Below are positions 44,200 through 61,323 of a stretch of 64,000 nucleotides of DNA, piece after piece. A model generated the notes under the pieces. It was not told where the DNA came from and ran no database searches. It saw only the letters and a list, made by a program, of their open reading frames with translations. The translations under genes and the position numbers were made by a program. Numbering within the stretch: position 1 is the stretch's first letter; every line of letters begins with the position of its first letter. Where the stretch lies: the NCBI RefSeq assembly GCF_009914755.1, contig NC_060944.1; one strand, 5' to 3'. Source of the DNA: the human T2T-CHM13v2.0 reference genome, Homo sapiens.

Positions 44200-45513
44200 T
44201 TTCACTTATTTTTAAATTCTTGTGAATTATGTCCAGTTATTCTGACGACATACAGACTGTCCCACCTAAAGACACATAAGCATGCTGTGTCCTTCCTGTC
44301 CCATGCTCAGCGTCCGCATCCATCACCTCTCCTAAGGCAAGCTGGCCATGCCCACTCACGATAAATGACAGAGCCACCATGGCCAGAGGCAGGACAAACA
44401 CATGCCTCCCCTTTACAAGGCTGTGAGGGATACAGAAACATTAATATCATGGCTCATGCCCTTAGATGGCCCACAATCACCCCACATGGGTGACAGCAAA
44501 TGGCTAGTGCTGTCAATCAGGCATGGGTGCCCACACCAAGGAGAGACCTGACTTTGGTAAGTGAAACAAAGTTAGTCCAAAAAAGAAGCGCAATCACATT
44601 TTTTATTCTGGGGGAAAAGGAGTATGTCACCAGAAAGTTCCTTTCCAGAATATTCTTTGAAACTGTGTCATATCACCTTCTCCAGTGCCTCCACGACCTC
44701 AGCTTGATAAAGAACTGCTCCCCACCTGCCTCTGGTCTCACTCCTTTCCACAGCATGCTGCTCAGACACAGAGAATGCTATTCCCCACCTGCACTTTCTG
44801 AGGAGCGCTGCAACTCACGCAACACAAAGAAACAAAACAGGAAGAAATAGCAACACTCTAAACACATGCATTATTTTCATTTTGCTGTCATCCAGGAAAC
44901 ATCAGGGCATCAACTGAAGGCAAGCACGCTGACCATGGTCCACGGCATGCTGCATCTGGTGCATGTCCGGTAAACCAAATCCCAGCAGGGACCCCCAACC
45001 CTGGAGTTCTCCAGCTCTGCTGCTCACAGGAATCTCCTGGGGCTTTAAAAACCCTGATGCCCAGGCTGCACCCCAAACCAATTAAATCTGACTCTCTGGC
45101 AGAGGGAAGCGAGTGTCAGCTGAGAAGGGTGAGAATCAGCGTCCTAATTCTTGTTTCTCTAGCTCCCCCATTAAATGTTTCAGAGGCACAATTAGTGGCT
45201 TATCCCATAATGAGATGTCACTACCAAAGCCTAAAGGAGAAAACAAACTATAACACAGATCTGATCCCAACAGCCAGTTTCAGGTCTTCTATTAAAGAAC
45301 TGACCAAGGCTTTGACAACCGCTCAGCCTCTGTCTACTCATCCATAAAATGAGGATGAGTCTTGCCTGCTCTACCACGTCAGAGGGAGCTACAAGGTTCG
45401 GAGGATGGATTCAGAGTGCACATAGAACGATAAAGCTGACACAGACACACGTCACCATTCAGCACTACCAGCCCAGGCTGCAGAAGCTCCTTTCAGAGCT
45501 GTATCTTGTAGAA

Positions 45514-45865
45514 CAGGCATCCCAAAGCCCCAGGTCATGAAGCAGTACTGGTCTATGGGCAGTAAGGAACCGGGCCACACAGGAGGAGGTCAGCGGCAGG
45601 CAAGCGAGCATTACTGCCTGAGCTCCGCCTCCTGTCATATCAGCAGCATTACATTCTCATAGGAGAGCAAACCCTATCGTAAATGGCGCGTGCAAGGGAT
45701 CTAGGTTGCAACCTCCTTATTAGAATCTAACTAATGCCTAATGCCTAACTCCTGACAGCCTGAGAGTGGGCACATTGCAAAACCATCCTCACCACTGTGC
45801 CCTGTCCATGGAAAAACTGTCTTCACAAAACCGGTCCCTGGTGCCAAGAAGTCTCAGGACCACTG
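45514..45865. mobile_element. MER1-like hAT-Charlie MITE, opposite orientation to the 5515 copy
   Basis: CAGG..CCC..GGACCACTG ends; 8-bp TSD ttgtagaa/ctgtagaa. Confidence 0.85.
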
Positions 45866-46141
45866 CTGTAGAAGATCCAGATTCCTGGCTATTTCCATAC
45901 CCCAGGAGACAGACCCACTTTCCTGATCTTAGTGACCAGAACAGGACCAGCTGGTTTATGCAGTAAGTGAGATGCAAGGCTGCTTGTGGCACAACGAGAC
46001 GAAGACCACTGGAAGATGCCTCCCCAAAATACTGAAAACACTAATGCTGTAGAAAAGCAGCAAAGGGAAATGGTCTAAAGTAAATAAGGAGTTTTAAATA
46101 AAGTAAATAAAGGAAAAGAATTTTAAAATACTCATTTTCGG

Positions 46142-47959
<1,818 letters not shown>

Positions 47960-48259
47960 GAAACATGCATTCTAAACTAGAAGTTTTAAAATAGCATCCC
48001 AGGGCTAGAACGGGTGTTCTAAAACATTTTTAATTAGTTGCCAACATATTTAAAATAATATTTTACATGAGAGCCTGGATTTCCCACTTCTCTCAAAACA
48101 CAGGAATGAAAATGCTGGCTGATGTGATGAAAATAATCAAGCTTACTTTGAACAAAACATGATTTAACCCAGCTAGGAGCACATTAGGTTTGACTGTCCA
48201 GGTTTTCTAATTTCTTATTTAGGATTTAGTGAAGAAACCACCAGTGAGGGGCTTTCTCT

Positions 48260-48556
48260 TCTTTTTTTTTTTTTTTGAGATGCAGTTTTGCTCTTGTTGC
48301 CTAGGCTGGAGTGCAATGGCACGATCTCAGCTCACTGCAACCTCCGCCTCCTGGTTCAAGCAATTCTCCTGCCTCAGCCTCCTAAGTAGCGGAGATTACA
48401 GGCACTCGCCACCATGCCCGGCTAGTTTTGTATTTTTAGTAGAGATGGGGTTTCACCATGTTGGTCAAGCTGGTCTCAGTCTCCTGACCTCAGGTGATCT
48501 CCCGCCTCAGCCTCCCAAAGTGCTGGGATTACAGGCATGAGCCACTGTGCCTGGCC
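48260..48556 (-). mobile_element. Alu (AluSq/Sp-like)
   Basis: TSD gaggggctttctct/gaggcgctttctct. Confidence 0.95.
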
Positions 48557-49929
48557 GAGGCGCTTTCTCTCTCCTTTCCTCCTGTCTTTCCAGTGTGGGC
48601 CGCATCTCTCCAGCTTTCATTCCTTCTGACTCCTTGCTGGTGCCTGTACCTCCCAAGGCCCTAAAGGTGTGCAACTTTTGAAGAATGAGGCTGCCAATCC
48701 CTGGAGCTGTAAAGCAGGGACAATAATAGCAGGTTCTTATCATTGAAGAATTCATCCCAGAATCCTTGAAATCGAATACACTACCACAGTTTGCAGACAG
48801 AAATGAAAGAAATAACCTTGTCCTTAAGCCAGAAGGGCTTGAGGTAAGAAAGCCCTCTGATATCATCAGTGTTCCTTGCAATCAAGCATAGACAGAGAGC
48901 AACACAGGCCTGACCTCATTTCTGTGGCTCAGCTGACCAAACAGTCTGTGCCCAAGAAAGCAGGCCCCCCTCCCACGACAGCTACAGGAGGGCAAAGGAA
49001 GGCTCAAGTTGCACCTGGTGGGACAGTTACACCTCTAATTTAGACATCATTTCAAAGAAGGAGGGTGGGCGTGGGGGCGCGGAGCTAACATATAATGTAA
49101 TGCTACCCACTGTCTGAGGCCAAGAGGGCTCATCTTGAGATAACGTGATGACATCAAATGAGCAGTTCTACTTCTGTTTTACTCACGTCCTCAACTCTCA
49201 AGCATCACTCTTCCACTCTTTTGTGATTAATCATGCCTTTTAATTCAGCCTTGTCTCTCCTGCACATGGACACTTCCTCTGAGTCCCCCTTAGGTTTCAT
49301 GGCTCTGTCTGCATTTTCAAAGCTTGACAAACCCAGCTCAGCACTTGAAATAGGAAGCTCCCTAACACAAGGAAGCCTTTAGCTTCCTATAAGTCATACA
49401 GAGAAGGGAATTGAGAACAGCTACATGTGCCTCTGAAAATAAACAAGTGGATAAAATCATATCACGCTGAAGCCAGAGAACTCAAACTGCTGGTATCATC
49501 CCAGCATATGCAATATTAACACGCAGCCATTATGAGCTTCGTTGAGGTTTTCAGGTGAGGCCTCTGGGCCTCCCACATGCTGCTCCATCCACCACTACAC
49601 CTGTTGTCCCAGGCTAGTCTCCACTTCAGGTCTGTCTCTCCAAGCACCCTTCCTGATGCCACAAGTCTGTTAGACCCAACCCCCCACCATGGGCTTCCAC
49701 AGCACCACAGCATCCAGTACAACAAAGGCAAGAACTGTGCCTAGCTTGGAGACCACTGTATCCTGACACGCAGCCCAGAGGTTTTTAAAGGTCTTGGGGG
49801 GCTCTGCAAGGTTAAAATTATTTTCATTATGACACCAGCATATTATTTGTCTTTTTCACACTCACATTTCTGATAGCTAAGGAAATATGTGCTTATATAT
49901 TCCTATGTTTTAACTTTCTATTTTAATTT

Positions 49930-50200
<271 letters not shown>

Positions 50201-50851
50201 TAATTTCTAATGTGGCCTCCCACCTCTCCAGTCTCCACTCTCACCACCCATCTGAAGTTTCAGCCATTTCGTGAGACTTTGTAGCTCACAGTCACACTCC
50301 AGAGCCTGGGGTCTCTGTACGCTTTCTGCTTAAAATGCTACTGCCAGCCTTGTCTGTTGGCTGACTCATCCTGCCAGGGAGCCCTGCCCTCAGTGCTGAT
50401 GTCCTCTAGGGTGTTTCTCCAGCCCTCCCAAGGAGCTCTACTCAATGCCTCCTGACCCCCACGCTGTCACGCCTTGAATGCAACATTATTAACTAGAGAA
50501 CTTGTGAGGCTTTCTTTGTTTCTGTTGTTCCCACAAGATCATGAGCTACTTGAGGGTGGGGATCGTACCCTTACTCATCTCTAGCCAAGAAAAGCTCTGT
50601 GGCTTTTATTGAGCCCAATGGAGAGACAGACATTGAGCCTAAGAGAGTATCTACTGTTCACCAGCTAAGCCTATTTGGACCTCAATAGCTCAACTTCCCC
50701 CAAAACACCTTGCTTGTAAACATAAGCTCACATTGATGTTCCTTTCTCCAGACACCTACTGTACTTTACTATCTACACAGCAGAACTTAGAACTCAGTGA
50801 CTAGTAGACTTTGTCTATTCATTATTTAGTTATGTAAGATTCTTCTCCACA

Positions 50852-52275
50852 TTCATAGCAACAGTGGTCCACCTGCAGCAACCGCTACCAAGACGCTGGC
50901 TACAGCGGGGGAGGTGCAGCTGGGCTGCATGCTCCACAGAGCCGGCAGGAGCCAGGAGCAGACAGGAGCAGACAGGAGCAGACAGGAGCCCAAAGCAGGA
51001 AGGAGTCCTGCACTGTCGCAGCCCAGCCAGGTGTGCGCACACTTAGGGAAGCACTGACATGCCAGTCCACAGCCACTTCAGCCCCCTCCAGACTTTTAGC
51101 ACTGATGAGCATGGGAGGGAGGCTGAGGTGGGGCTGAGGGCAGCTCAGCGCCGGCCTGCAGGCACCCCTTGGCATGAACAGCCTGGGCACCATGAACAGC
51201 AGCAGGAGACAGGCAGGCTCCTGGGTAGAAAGAAGGAGGTGGGTCCTGGGTGAAGCCCCAGCTTCAAACTGAGGAGGACCTGAAGCCTGCGGACCAGGCT
51301 GCCAATCCTGCAGAGTGGAGTGGGAACTTGTGGTTTTTTGCCGGGCCCACCCATAGCCACCTATGGACCAATCTGCACATATTTCCTCCCCTATGAGGCC
51401 CATAAAAGCCCAGGATTCAGCCAGACTCGAAAAGACAATGACCTGCCAGCTGCCGAGAGGATTTACCCACTCCAGGGTCTCCTCTCTGCTGAGAGCTGAA
51501 CATTCAACAGATGACCTGCCTGCAGAGTGGAGCTACCCACTCCAGGGTCTCCTCTCTGCTGAGCGCTGAACGCTCATCGGGACACCCTGCCTGCTACCCA
51601 GTGCGGGTCTCCTTTGAGCTGTCTGTCGCTCAATAAAGCTCCTCTTTGCCTTGCTCACCCTCCACTTTCCCATGTACCTTATTCTTTCTGGACACAGGAC
51701 AGGAACTTGGGACCCATCAAATGGTGGGGCTAAAACAGCTGTAGCATGAACAGGGCCAAAACATGTCCCTTGCTCACCACGTTGCAGGCAACAAAAAGGA
51801 GAGAAGAGGGGAGAGAAGAGCTGTGGCCCTCTAGGGAGCCCAGGCCTAGGAGCTCCCTGAGCCAGGGCTGTCACACCCTCTTTGGGGCTCTGTGGTTTCT
51901 GGTGTCTCCGAACTTCCAGGTGCTACCACATTCCCCAGTGCCAGCCACGGAAGCTGTTTGCAGTACATCTGGTCCAGCTGCAGCCTTGCAGGGAGCTGGC
52001 GCCCATGCCAGCACCTGGAGTTGCCCACCCCACTGCAGTCAGCACGCCTGGCTGTGAGCAGTAGCTGGACCCCACACTCGCTCACACACCCTTTGCCGCT
52101 CCATGCCTGGCTTGCCCTTGGCAGGCATGGGATCCAGGCTGGTAGCACAAGCTGAGCACAGCCTGCCAGGCTGAGTGGACAGAATGAGCCTGAGCAAAAC
52201 TTGGGCAAAGGTGCCACTGGCCACAAAGGTTTCCAGCTGGCAAAATGACACCCCAAGGATCCCATACCAACATCA
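50852..52275 (+). mobile_element. MER52-like ERV1 solo LTR (~1.4 kb, GC-rich)
   Basis: GGCTaCAGCGGGGGAGG start motif, CCCATAAAAGCCC TATA-like box (~51400), internal ACCCACTCCAGGGTCTCCTCTCTGCTGAG repeats, AATAAA (~51632), ...CATCA end, ccaca repeated on both flanks. Confidence 0.85.
50953..50989 (+). repeat. 10-bp tandem repeat (CAGGAGCAGA)x3.7 within the LTR
   Basis: caggagcaga caggagcaga caggagcaga caggagc. Confidence 0.9.
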
Positions 52276-54063
52276 CCACAATATTCATGTAAAACCCTAG
52301 GTACAAGACAAAATTGTAATGTTGCATTCATTGTGCTTACTCTGTGCAAGCACTTCACAGCCATTAATTCCTTAAGTCCTCAAAATAACCCTATGAATAA
52401 GGAACATATGATCCTCCTCACTGTACAGAAGAGGATATGAGACGAAATCAGAAGACAGAGTGCCACGTATAAAACAATGCAGGTGGTTAGTGGCAATGGC
52501 AAGATGTAACCTGAGAACCTACCCTTCCACATGCATGCCTCTGCCACACTCTGCACTGTACTGGGCATGATGCAAAAGTTCGGGATTATGAGGCTAATGA
52601 CATCCCCAAAGAAACCTTACTGACTTAATCAAGCCATAACCAAAGGCCATCCTCCAAGGAAAAGCTCATAAAAGGAAAAAGCAGTTTCTCACATGCAGAA
52701 AGCACTTAATGTCTGCTGACCAGATGAATAAACAAATAAAAACAAAGCAAATCAATAAATACAAATATGCTTCAAGGGCTTAAGAAGATGGTATAGAAAA
52801 ATACATCACCTTTATTCAGTACTGATTAGTGATAGCTACCTCTCAAAAGTCAGAGAAGGGAAAAGGGAAAAGGGGGAAGATGGCAAAAACAAAAACAACC
52901 ACAAAATTTTCTCATTCTTCAAAATCAAAACAGAAAGGAATTCAAGCCAAGATCAAATCAAAGACAATCAAATCAGTTTCATGAGCACTTAGGCTCTAGA
53001 GAAGGAGGAATGGATTATTTCTACTGACTCATTAATTCATTTATTAGTCATTAGAAAGGGCAGAAAATCTGAAAACTATTTGTTGGTAGAAAACATAGGC
53101 TATGTTACCCTGGAAACAAGGTTCCCTTGGGGAAAAGCTTGCCTTGGAGTATTCCTAAATTCCCTCCTTTACCATCCTCCCCCTTCCAACACTGGGCCAC
53201 TCATTAGACACTGATAACATCAGCCCCCACCTCCCCAGCTCATCTTCAGAGGTGGTCCAGTACCAACAGAATAAAGGCTGTTCATCTCAGCACTAGAAGA
53301 AACTTACAGGTCACTTGGGTGCAACTTCTTTACATGACACTCTAGCTGGTGATCAGCCTCACCAAAAACAAAAACAAAGAAACAGCACAACCAGGTGGTA
53401 TCACACCTGTCTCCTCAACAGAATGGCTCTCCACATTCTCACACCGCTCTGCCATGAACCAACTGGTCACTAACTGGCTACCCGGAGACTCCAGAGAGCA
53501 AGGACTATGCCCACTGTGGCCTCGATGCAAAACACGATGCTTTGCACTCTATATGTGGTCAGTAAATGCTTGCTGAGTGAATAATCATGACTGTATACAT
53601 CCATGCCTCTTGCGCAAATCACTGTGTGTCTATTCTTGCCCCCTGGGATTCTGTTCTCCATTAGCAGCACAAGTGACCTTTTGACAACATATGTCAGGCC
53701 AACACATGTTCTCACTCCTCCAATGGCCCTACCACACTTAAAACCTAAGACTTTAGGTGGCTTAATAGGCCCTATATGAGCCACACTTCCCTATTCTGGG
53801 CCCACAGACCTCCCTGCACCCATTGCATGTTCCAGGCATGCTCCTGACACACAGCCTCTGCACTGGCTGTTACTTCTGCCTAGAATATTCTTCCCAGATA
53901 TTCCCACGGTTCATTACCTTACTTCCTTCACCAATCACCTACACAGCCAGTCCTTCCCTGACCACTGTTATCTGTGGTTAGCTACCCCTTTACTGTGCTT
54001 TATTTTCTTTATAGAATGTTCCCACTTACCACTACCTTATGATCTTTTGTTCACTCACTAGAC

Positions 54064-54207
54064 CTGTGCTGTCCAATATGGCAGCTACTAGCCACATGTG
54101 GCTACTGAACACCTGATATGTGACTAATCCAAATTGAGCTGTGCTGTAAGTACAAAATCATGCCAGATTTTAAAGATGTATTTACCATGAAAAATGTAAA
54201 ATATCTC

Positions 54208-54212
<5 letters not shown>
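54064..54212. mobile_element. MER33/MER3-like hAT MITE (partial)
   Basis: ctgtgctgtccaatatgg.agc.actagccacatgtggcta.tga.cac.tga.atgtg.cta.tcc.aattgag terminal sequence. Confidence 0.75.
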
Positions 54213-54606
<394 letters not shown>

Positions 54607-55370
54607 CACTGTGCATTTTTTATGTATAATCTACCCCATATAGTCATCACAGTAACACCAGAGGAAGAGGGCAAGAAGGGAGGACTATTAAAGTCATGTT
54701 TCAGAAGAAGAATCTGAGGCTCAGAGAAGTACAATAATACATCCAAGCTCACAAAATGAGCAAGTGGCAGACTCAGAATGCAAACCCATGTCTTCCAGCC
54801 TCAGCCCCTGGCACCTGGTCCTCCACTCGAAGCCCAGGCTGGCAGCCAGCAGACAGCATCATACCCAGAGAGAGTATCTGTTTGGCCTGCATGGTTTCCT
54901 TGTTTGGTTGTTTGTTTCCGCTAAAATCCTTGCCAATATTTGAAAATTTAGGGATTTTAACAGTACGGGTTCCCATTTTTCATTCAACACCTGAACACTT
55001 GGTACACGCCAAGCACAAGGAGCATAATCCAAGAACAAGACAGAAATGGTCCCAGTGCTCACAGAGGGACTCAGACTATAAACCAGTAAGTAAGGAAAAT
55101 ACCTAAGAGGCCAAATTTTGATAAATGCTGTAAACGAGGAAAAATAGAGGGGGGACAGGAAACACCAGCAATAGGGGGCACTATTTTCAATGGAATAACT
55201 GAGAAAGCCCACATTGAAGAAGCGACATTTGAACAAAAACTCAAGAGAGAAGGAGTGGGAGATGCGGACATCTGGAGAAAGAACACCTCCAGCAGACGAG
55301 TGGCAGGTGCCGAGGTCCTGAATGGCATCACTGATCAGAATGGAGAAACATCATCTCTCTAGACACAGAG

Positions 55371-56131
<761 letters not shown>

Positions 56132-56624
56132 TTATTTTTATTTATTTTCTCCTCTCTGCTCACGGTTTCTAATGTGGAATTATTCCAGGTCTGCCTGGTC
56201 CCTATAGGCATTGAGTTTGCAACCCTTGTACTATATATTTAACTAATTCTGCCTAAAACCAATACTTGCCACACCACTGAGACCTGTCTTCCTCCAACTC
56301 ACTCTAAACTCCAACCCTTTCCATCCCACCAAGAATCAAAATGCCCCACGTCTCATTTGATAAGTGAAAGTAAACAATTAATCCAATCAAGGTGTTAACA
56401 GCCCAAATTGCCTATCCATAGTCCATCAAAGGATGCCAGGAGGCATAATTCCTCAATCTTTTGAATGGACAGAGGTATTCTGGAGGAAATGCCGTCTACT
56501 CTTACCCTAAATATGATTATCAGCATAGGCAAAGTTGCCCCTAATACCAAAAAAAGTCTTAACTAAGAATGTTTCACACAGCTGGGTTTAACAAAAACAA
56601 AACAGCAACAACAACAACAAAGAC

Positions 56625-56915
56625 TGTTTATGCCTGTAATCCCCACATGCTGGGAAGGCCAACACAGAAGGATCACTTGAGCCCAAGGATTCAAGACCAG
56701 CCTGGGCAACATAAGGAGACCCCATCTCTACAAAAAAAAAAATTTAAATTACTAATAGCTGGGTGTGGTGGTGCATGATTGTAGTCCCGGCTCCTCAGGA
56801 GGCTGAGGCAGGAGGTTCACTTGAGCCCAGCAGGCTGAGGCTACAGTGAGCTGTGATCATGCCACTATACTCCAGCCTGGGTGACAGAGCAAAAAAGACC
56901 TTGTCTCAAAAAAAA
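56625..56915 (+). mobile_element. Alu (AluJ-like), 5'-degenerate
   Basis: GGATCACTTGAGCCCAAGG..CCTGGGCAACATA J diagnostics. Confidence 0.88.
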
Positions 56916-56939
56916 ATGTTTTACATGATAATAAAATGA

Positions 56940-57220
56940 ATTTTGTTATCTTGGACTGGATCCTGGACCAGATAAAAGACATTGCTGGGGCAATCTGAGA
57001 AATCTGAATAAAGTCTATTCAGATTTGTATTCAAATAATGATACAACATTCAAATAATGTTGTATCAATATTACTTTCCGGTTTTGATAATTATAAGATA
57101 GTTATAGAAGAAAAGAACATTCAAAGAAGTTGGGTAAAAGGTACATGGGAACTCTGTATTATTTTTGCAAATTCTTATAAATACTTCAAAATAAAAAGTT
57201 AAAAATATTTTTAAAAAAAG
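56940..57220 (+). mobile_element. Old L1MC/ME 3'UTR fragment
   Basis: tcttggactggatcctggaccag.aaaagacatt..tggg...gggtaaa.ggtacatgggaactctgtattatttttgcaa pattern. Confidence 0.65.
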
Positions 57221-57650
57221 AAAGAAAAGCACCTTAATTGAATCATCACATGTGAGCACCAGCCAAGGACCACTGATACCTTCTCACAAGGGCCCATCTA
57301 CCTCGTCAAATGAAAACACCAACTTTAGGGAAAAGGATGAGAACAGACCAGATATTTTCGTAAAGCCTTATCTGGCAAATTGATTGAATTTGAGCTAGTC
57401 TCCATCACCTAGAATCATTTTTTCTTGACAGTTCCCTGGGGAACTTTTAAGTCCTGCTCTGAGGAAGTTCACACAGTGACTTAACTGTGTCCCAGGCAGA
57501 ATCCCTGTGATGGCTTAGACTTTGTCAATAAGAATCAGCAGGTGCAGTGAGGTGAGACCACAGGCCCCCGGGGCAAAGGACACCAAGTTCCTGAGAGCAG
57601 GCATCCCATGGAGGGTTCAGAATCCTACACTCTTAAAAGTTTAAAATCTT

Positions 57651-57926
57651 GATCTGAGCAATGGCTCAAGCCTGTAATTCCAACACTTTGGGAAGCCAAG
57701 GCAGGCGGATCACCTGAGCTCAGGAGTTCAAGACCAACCTAGGCAACATGGTGAAACCCCTTGTCTAAAAGAAATACAAAAATCACTCAGCTACTTGGGG
57801 GGCTGAGGCTGAGGTGGGAGGATCGCTTGGGCCTGGGAGGTCAACGCTGCAGTGAGCCATTTTCGTGCCACTGCACTCAAGCCTGGGTGACAAAGTGAGA
57901 TATTATCTCAAAAAAAAAGAAAAAAA
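57651..57926 (+). mobile_element. Alu (AluJb-like) with an internal deletion at the start of the right arm
   Basis: aaatacaaaaatcactcagctact skips about 30 nt of the right-arm 5' end. Confidence 0.88.
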
Positions 57927-58086
57927 GCTCTAACCAGCTAACAAGAGGAAACGGAATTGGCAGTCACTCTGACGGCATGATGTCTCAGTGTTGTCTCGAA
58001 TAACAAAATCAGATTTTACCAACTTCTTCTCTGGATAATAAATTCACTTCATCAGTGTTTTTTTCAAACTATGAATCATAAAATCA

Positions 58087-58426
<340 letters not shown>

Positions 58427-58699
58427 GTAGTAGAGAGTAGAAAATATCAGCATGCATTGAGCAGATGAATGTCTTACTGTGGATCTTGTTTGAAGCACAT
58501 AGTTCTATACAATCATCATCAGCCTTCCAAAACATAAGCGCCCTTCATTTCAAATAATATGACAAATCCTTTCTCACTAAGTCAGTGGGAAAAAAAAAGT
58601 TTTAAATAGTTCTTATATTCACAATAACTTTTATTAGAAAATCTGAGGTGTGTTGCCATGAGGGGAAAATTCTTTTGCAAACTGAAGTCAAAAATTTTA

Positions 58700-59290
58700 A
58701 GTATCTCCCCCAAGATATTTATTAATTACAAACAGGAAAAAAAAAATAAAACATTACAGTGGAGAAACCCTGCAGATACCACCTTAACCACGTAATCAAG
58801 GTCAACATCACCAGTAGTAAGACATATTGACATCACATACCCCAGTAACATATGAAGGACACAAAATCACTTTTGTGGTATTATTGTCAAAAATTGCTTA
58901 ACTTCAACATATTTGTGATAAAACATCAGAGAAAGCCACACTGAGAACCATTCTAAAAAATAACTGACCAGTACTCTTCAAAAATTAAGGTTATGAAAAA
59001 CAAGGAAAGACTTACAAACTGTCACGTACCAGAGAAGACTCAGGAGACATGCTACATTTAGATGCAATGTGGGATCCCGGATTGGATGCTGAACCAGAAG
59101 GAAGACATTAGTGGGAAAACTGGTGAAATCTAGATAAAATTTAGTTAATTTCTTCGTTTTGATCATTGTGCTGTGGTTACATAAGGCATAATATTACGGG
59201 AAGTTCGGTGAAGAGTTTATATATGGGAACTCTCTACTATTTTGCAACTTTACTATAAATCTACAATTATTTCAAAATAAAAATTTTTTA
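58700..59290 (+). mobile_element. Old L1MC-like 3'UTR fragment
   Basis: tacagtggagaaacc..gcagataccaccttaacca.gt.atcaaggtcaacatcacca...ggaactctctactattttgcaactt pattern. Confidence 0.7.
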
Positions 59291-61323
59291 AAATATCTTT
59301 TCTGAAGAAAGAAACAAGAGTATTCTGCCCTATAAACTGTGTATCATTTAAACACAGTAAAGTGTTGTACCATAGTGCTGTACCTCCAACTCTCTAACCT
59401 TAAGGGATAAACATAATGTGCATTGGTGTGTAATATGAAGTAATCTTAATCTTCATTGGGAGTGTAATATTAAGTAAACTTAATACACGGGAAAGAGCTG
59501 AAGCTGTCCTTGTTTACCCAGGCTCTTGCTCAGCCCTCCGTCACCCCTCACGTCTTCCTAATACCCAATAGGAGGATTGTCAAGATGCTCTTTTCCTCCT
59601 CACGGAGAACAATGTGAGACATGCAACAAACGCCGTGACTACGGATCCCAATCCCTCACGAGCAACCACAGAAAGTAAGAGGCATGTGTGGAGGGTGAGT
59701 GGAGATACTTATAAATGTAACAAATACTTTCTGAGTGCTCAGGTCTTCCCGGCACAGTTCCAGGCCCCGGGGAAACAGCCATGAACAAGATCTACACGGT
59801 GACTGGCTCTCAGAGAGTTTAAGAGATAATAAGCAAACAAAAATATATTCACACATACACACACGTATACATTCATAAAATGGGGAATGTTAGCAAGCCA
59901 GAAAACCAGAGTGAGGTAATAAAGCCTTCTCTGAAGACGGGCATATGAGACAGAACCTGATCCTTCTTTGAGACTCAGTTTCCCATCTATAAGACGGATC
60001 TAATGATGTTCACCCCTGTAGAACTGTTGTGAAGAAGTGAATTAGATAGTACAGCGCAGGATTTAGCAGAATTCCTAGCAAGTGAATGAGTGGCCAGAAA
60101 TAGTAATGAGTGACCAAATTACTGATCAACAATTACATTGAAAGCATTAACTTTCTCAATTTACTTTAAATTCTACATATCCCACTGAAATGTACTTAAA
60201 GTGTCTATAAATAAATGACTGATCACAGAAACAGCTATTTCCTATCTCATGGACAGCAACAATGAAAAATGAATACATTTGGAAATGGACAGAGCAAAAA
60301 ACACAAATGCTCCGCCCAGGGATAATAGGAGTGACCGAAGGCAAGCTTCCTGGCCCCACTGGTGGTTACCTCCTTTGTGCTTGGATGAATGTGCGGGCTA
60401 AGTCCAAGCCAGTGCTGACCAACCTCCCTGGAAGGATTTTTTCCCCTGTCTTTTTATAACCTGAACGTGAGGAAAGGCAGTCAAAGCCACCAAAATAAAT
60501 CTCTCAGTCCTCAGGAAGGAGCTAAAACACTATTACTTCTTTTCCCAGGCTACAGGTCTAAGTATAATTAACATATTCTCTTTCACAAAACAAGCTTCAG
60601 TAAGATGGCATCCCAATTCCAGAATCTGCAAAAACAGCCAAAGCTATCAAAATAACTTAGAAAAACAGTCAAGAAACAAGGAAGTATCACATCAATCAAC
60701 TTTAGACCAAACTGCTATATATCACACAACTGGACATTTCTAAATAACTTCTCTCTCTCTGACAGGCAAAAAGAAACACATACACACTCGATCTCTGCCA
60801 CTCCACTCTCTCCCACTCCACTCTCATGCTCACACAGTTTCCATGTTTAAAATAAAGCAACAGAAGTTTAAAACCAAATTATGTGACCCAAGTCACTCAA
60901 GAGCACCTTTTAAACTACTAATACACCTTGTATAAGTGTATTTTGCACACAAAGATATTTTAAAATATTGTATAAGGAAAAATACCAGACATTTGCATCA
61001 TATTACTTATAAAGTTCACCTAAAAGAAAGAAAAAACTTCCATGCGCTCCCAACTCAAGGTGTCAGCAACAGCAGCAACTCTCCCCTCCTTTCTCTTTCC
61101 AGCCAGCAGCCCCTTCCCTCCCTTGCTCCTCCAGCCTTCTTTCACCAACCCCAAACTCCCTGTTTTCTTTTTCTCTTCTTCAAAACAAAAAGAGACAAAC
61201 AAAAAAATCTGTCTTCTGCTGAGCCTGGGTTTGTCATGTCCAGGTAAGGGCTGGGATCCAGGGATGCAGACCAGGCCATGCCTCAAACATGGAGTAAAAA
61301 AGTTTCAAAAGATTACAGGAGTC

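Noticed and set aside
50953-51620. Spaced repeats superficially like a CRISPR array
   Set aside because: Eukaryotic context; these are the internal repeats of a MER52-type LTR, with no unique spacers and no cas genes.
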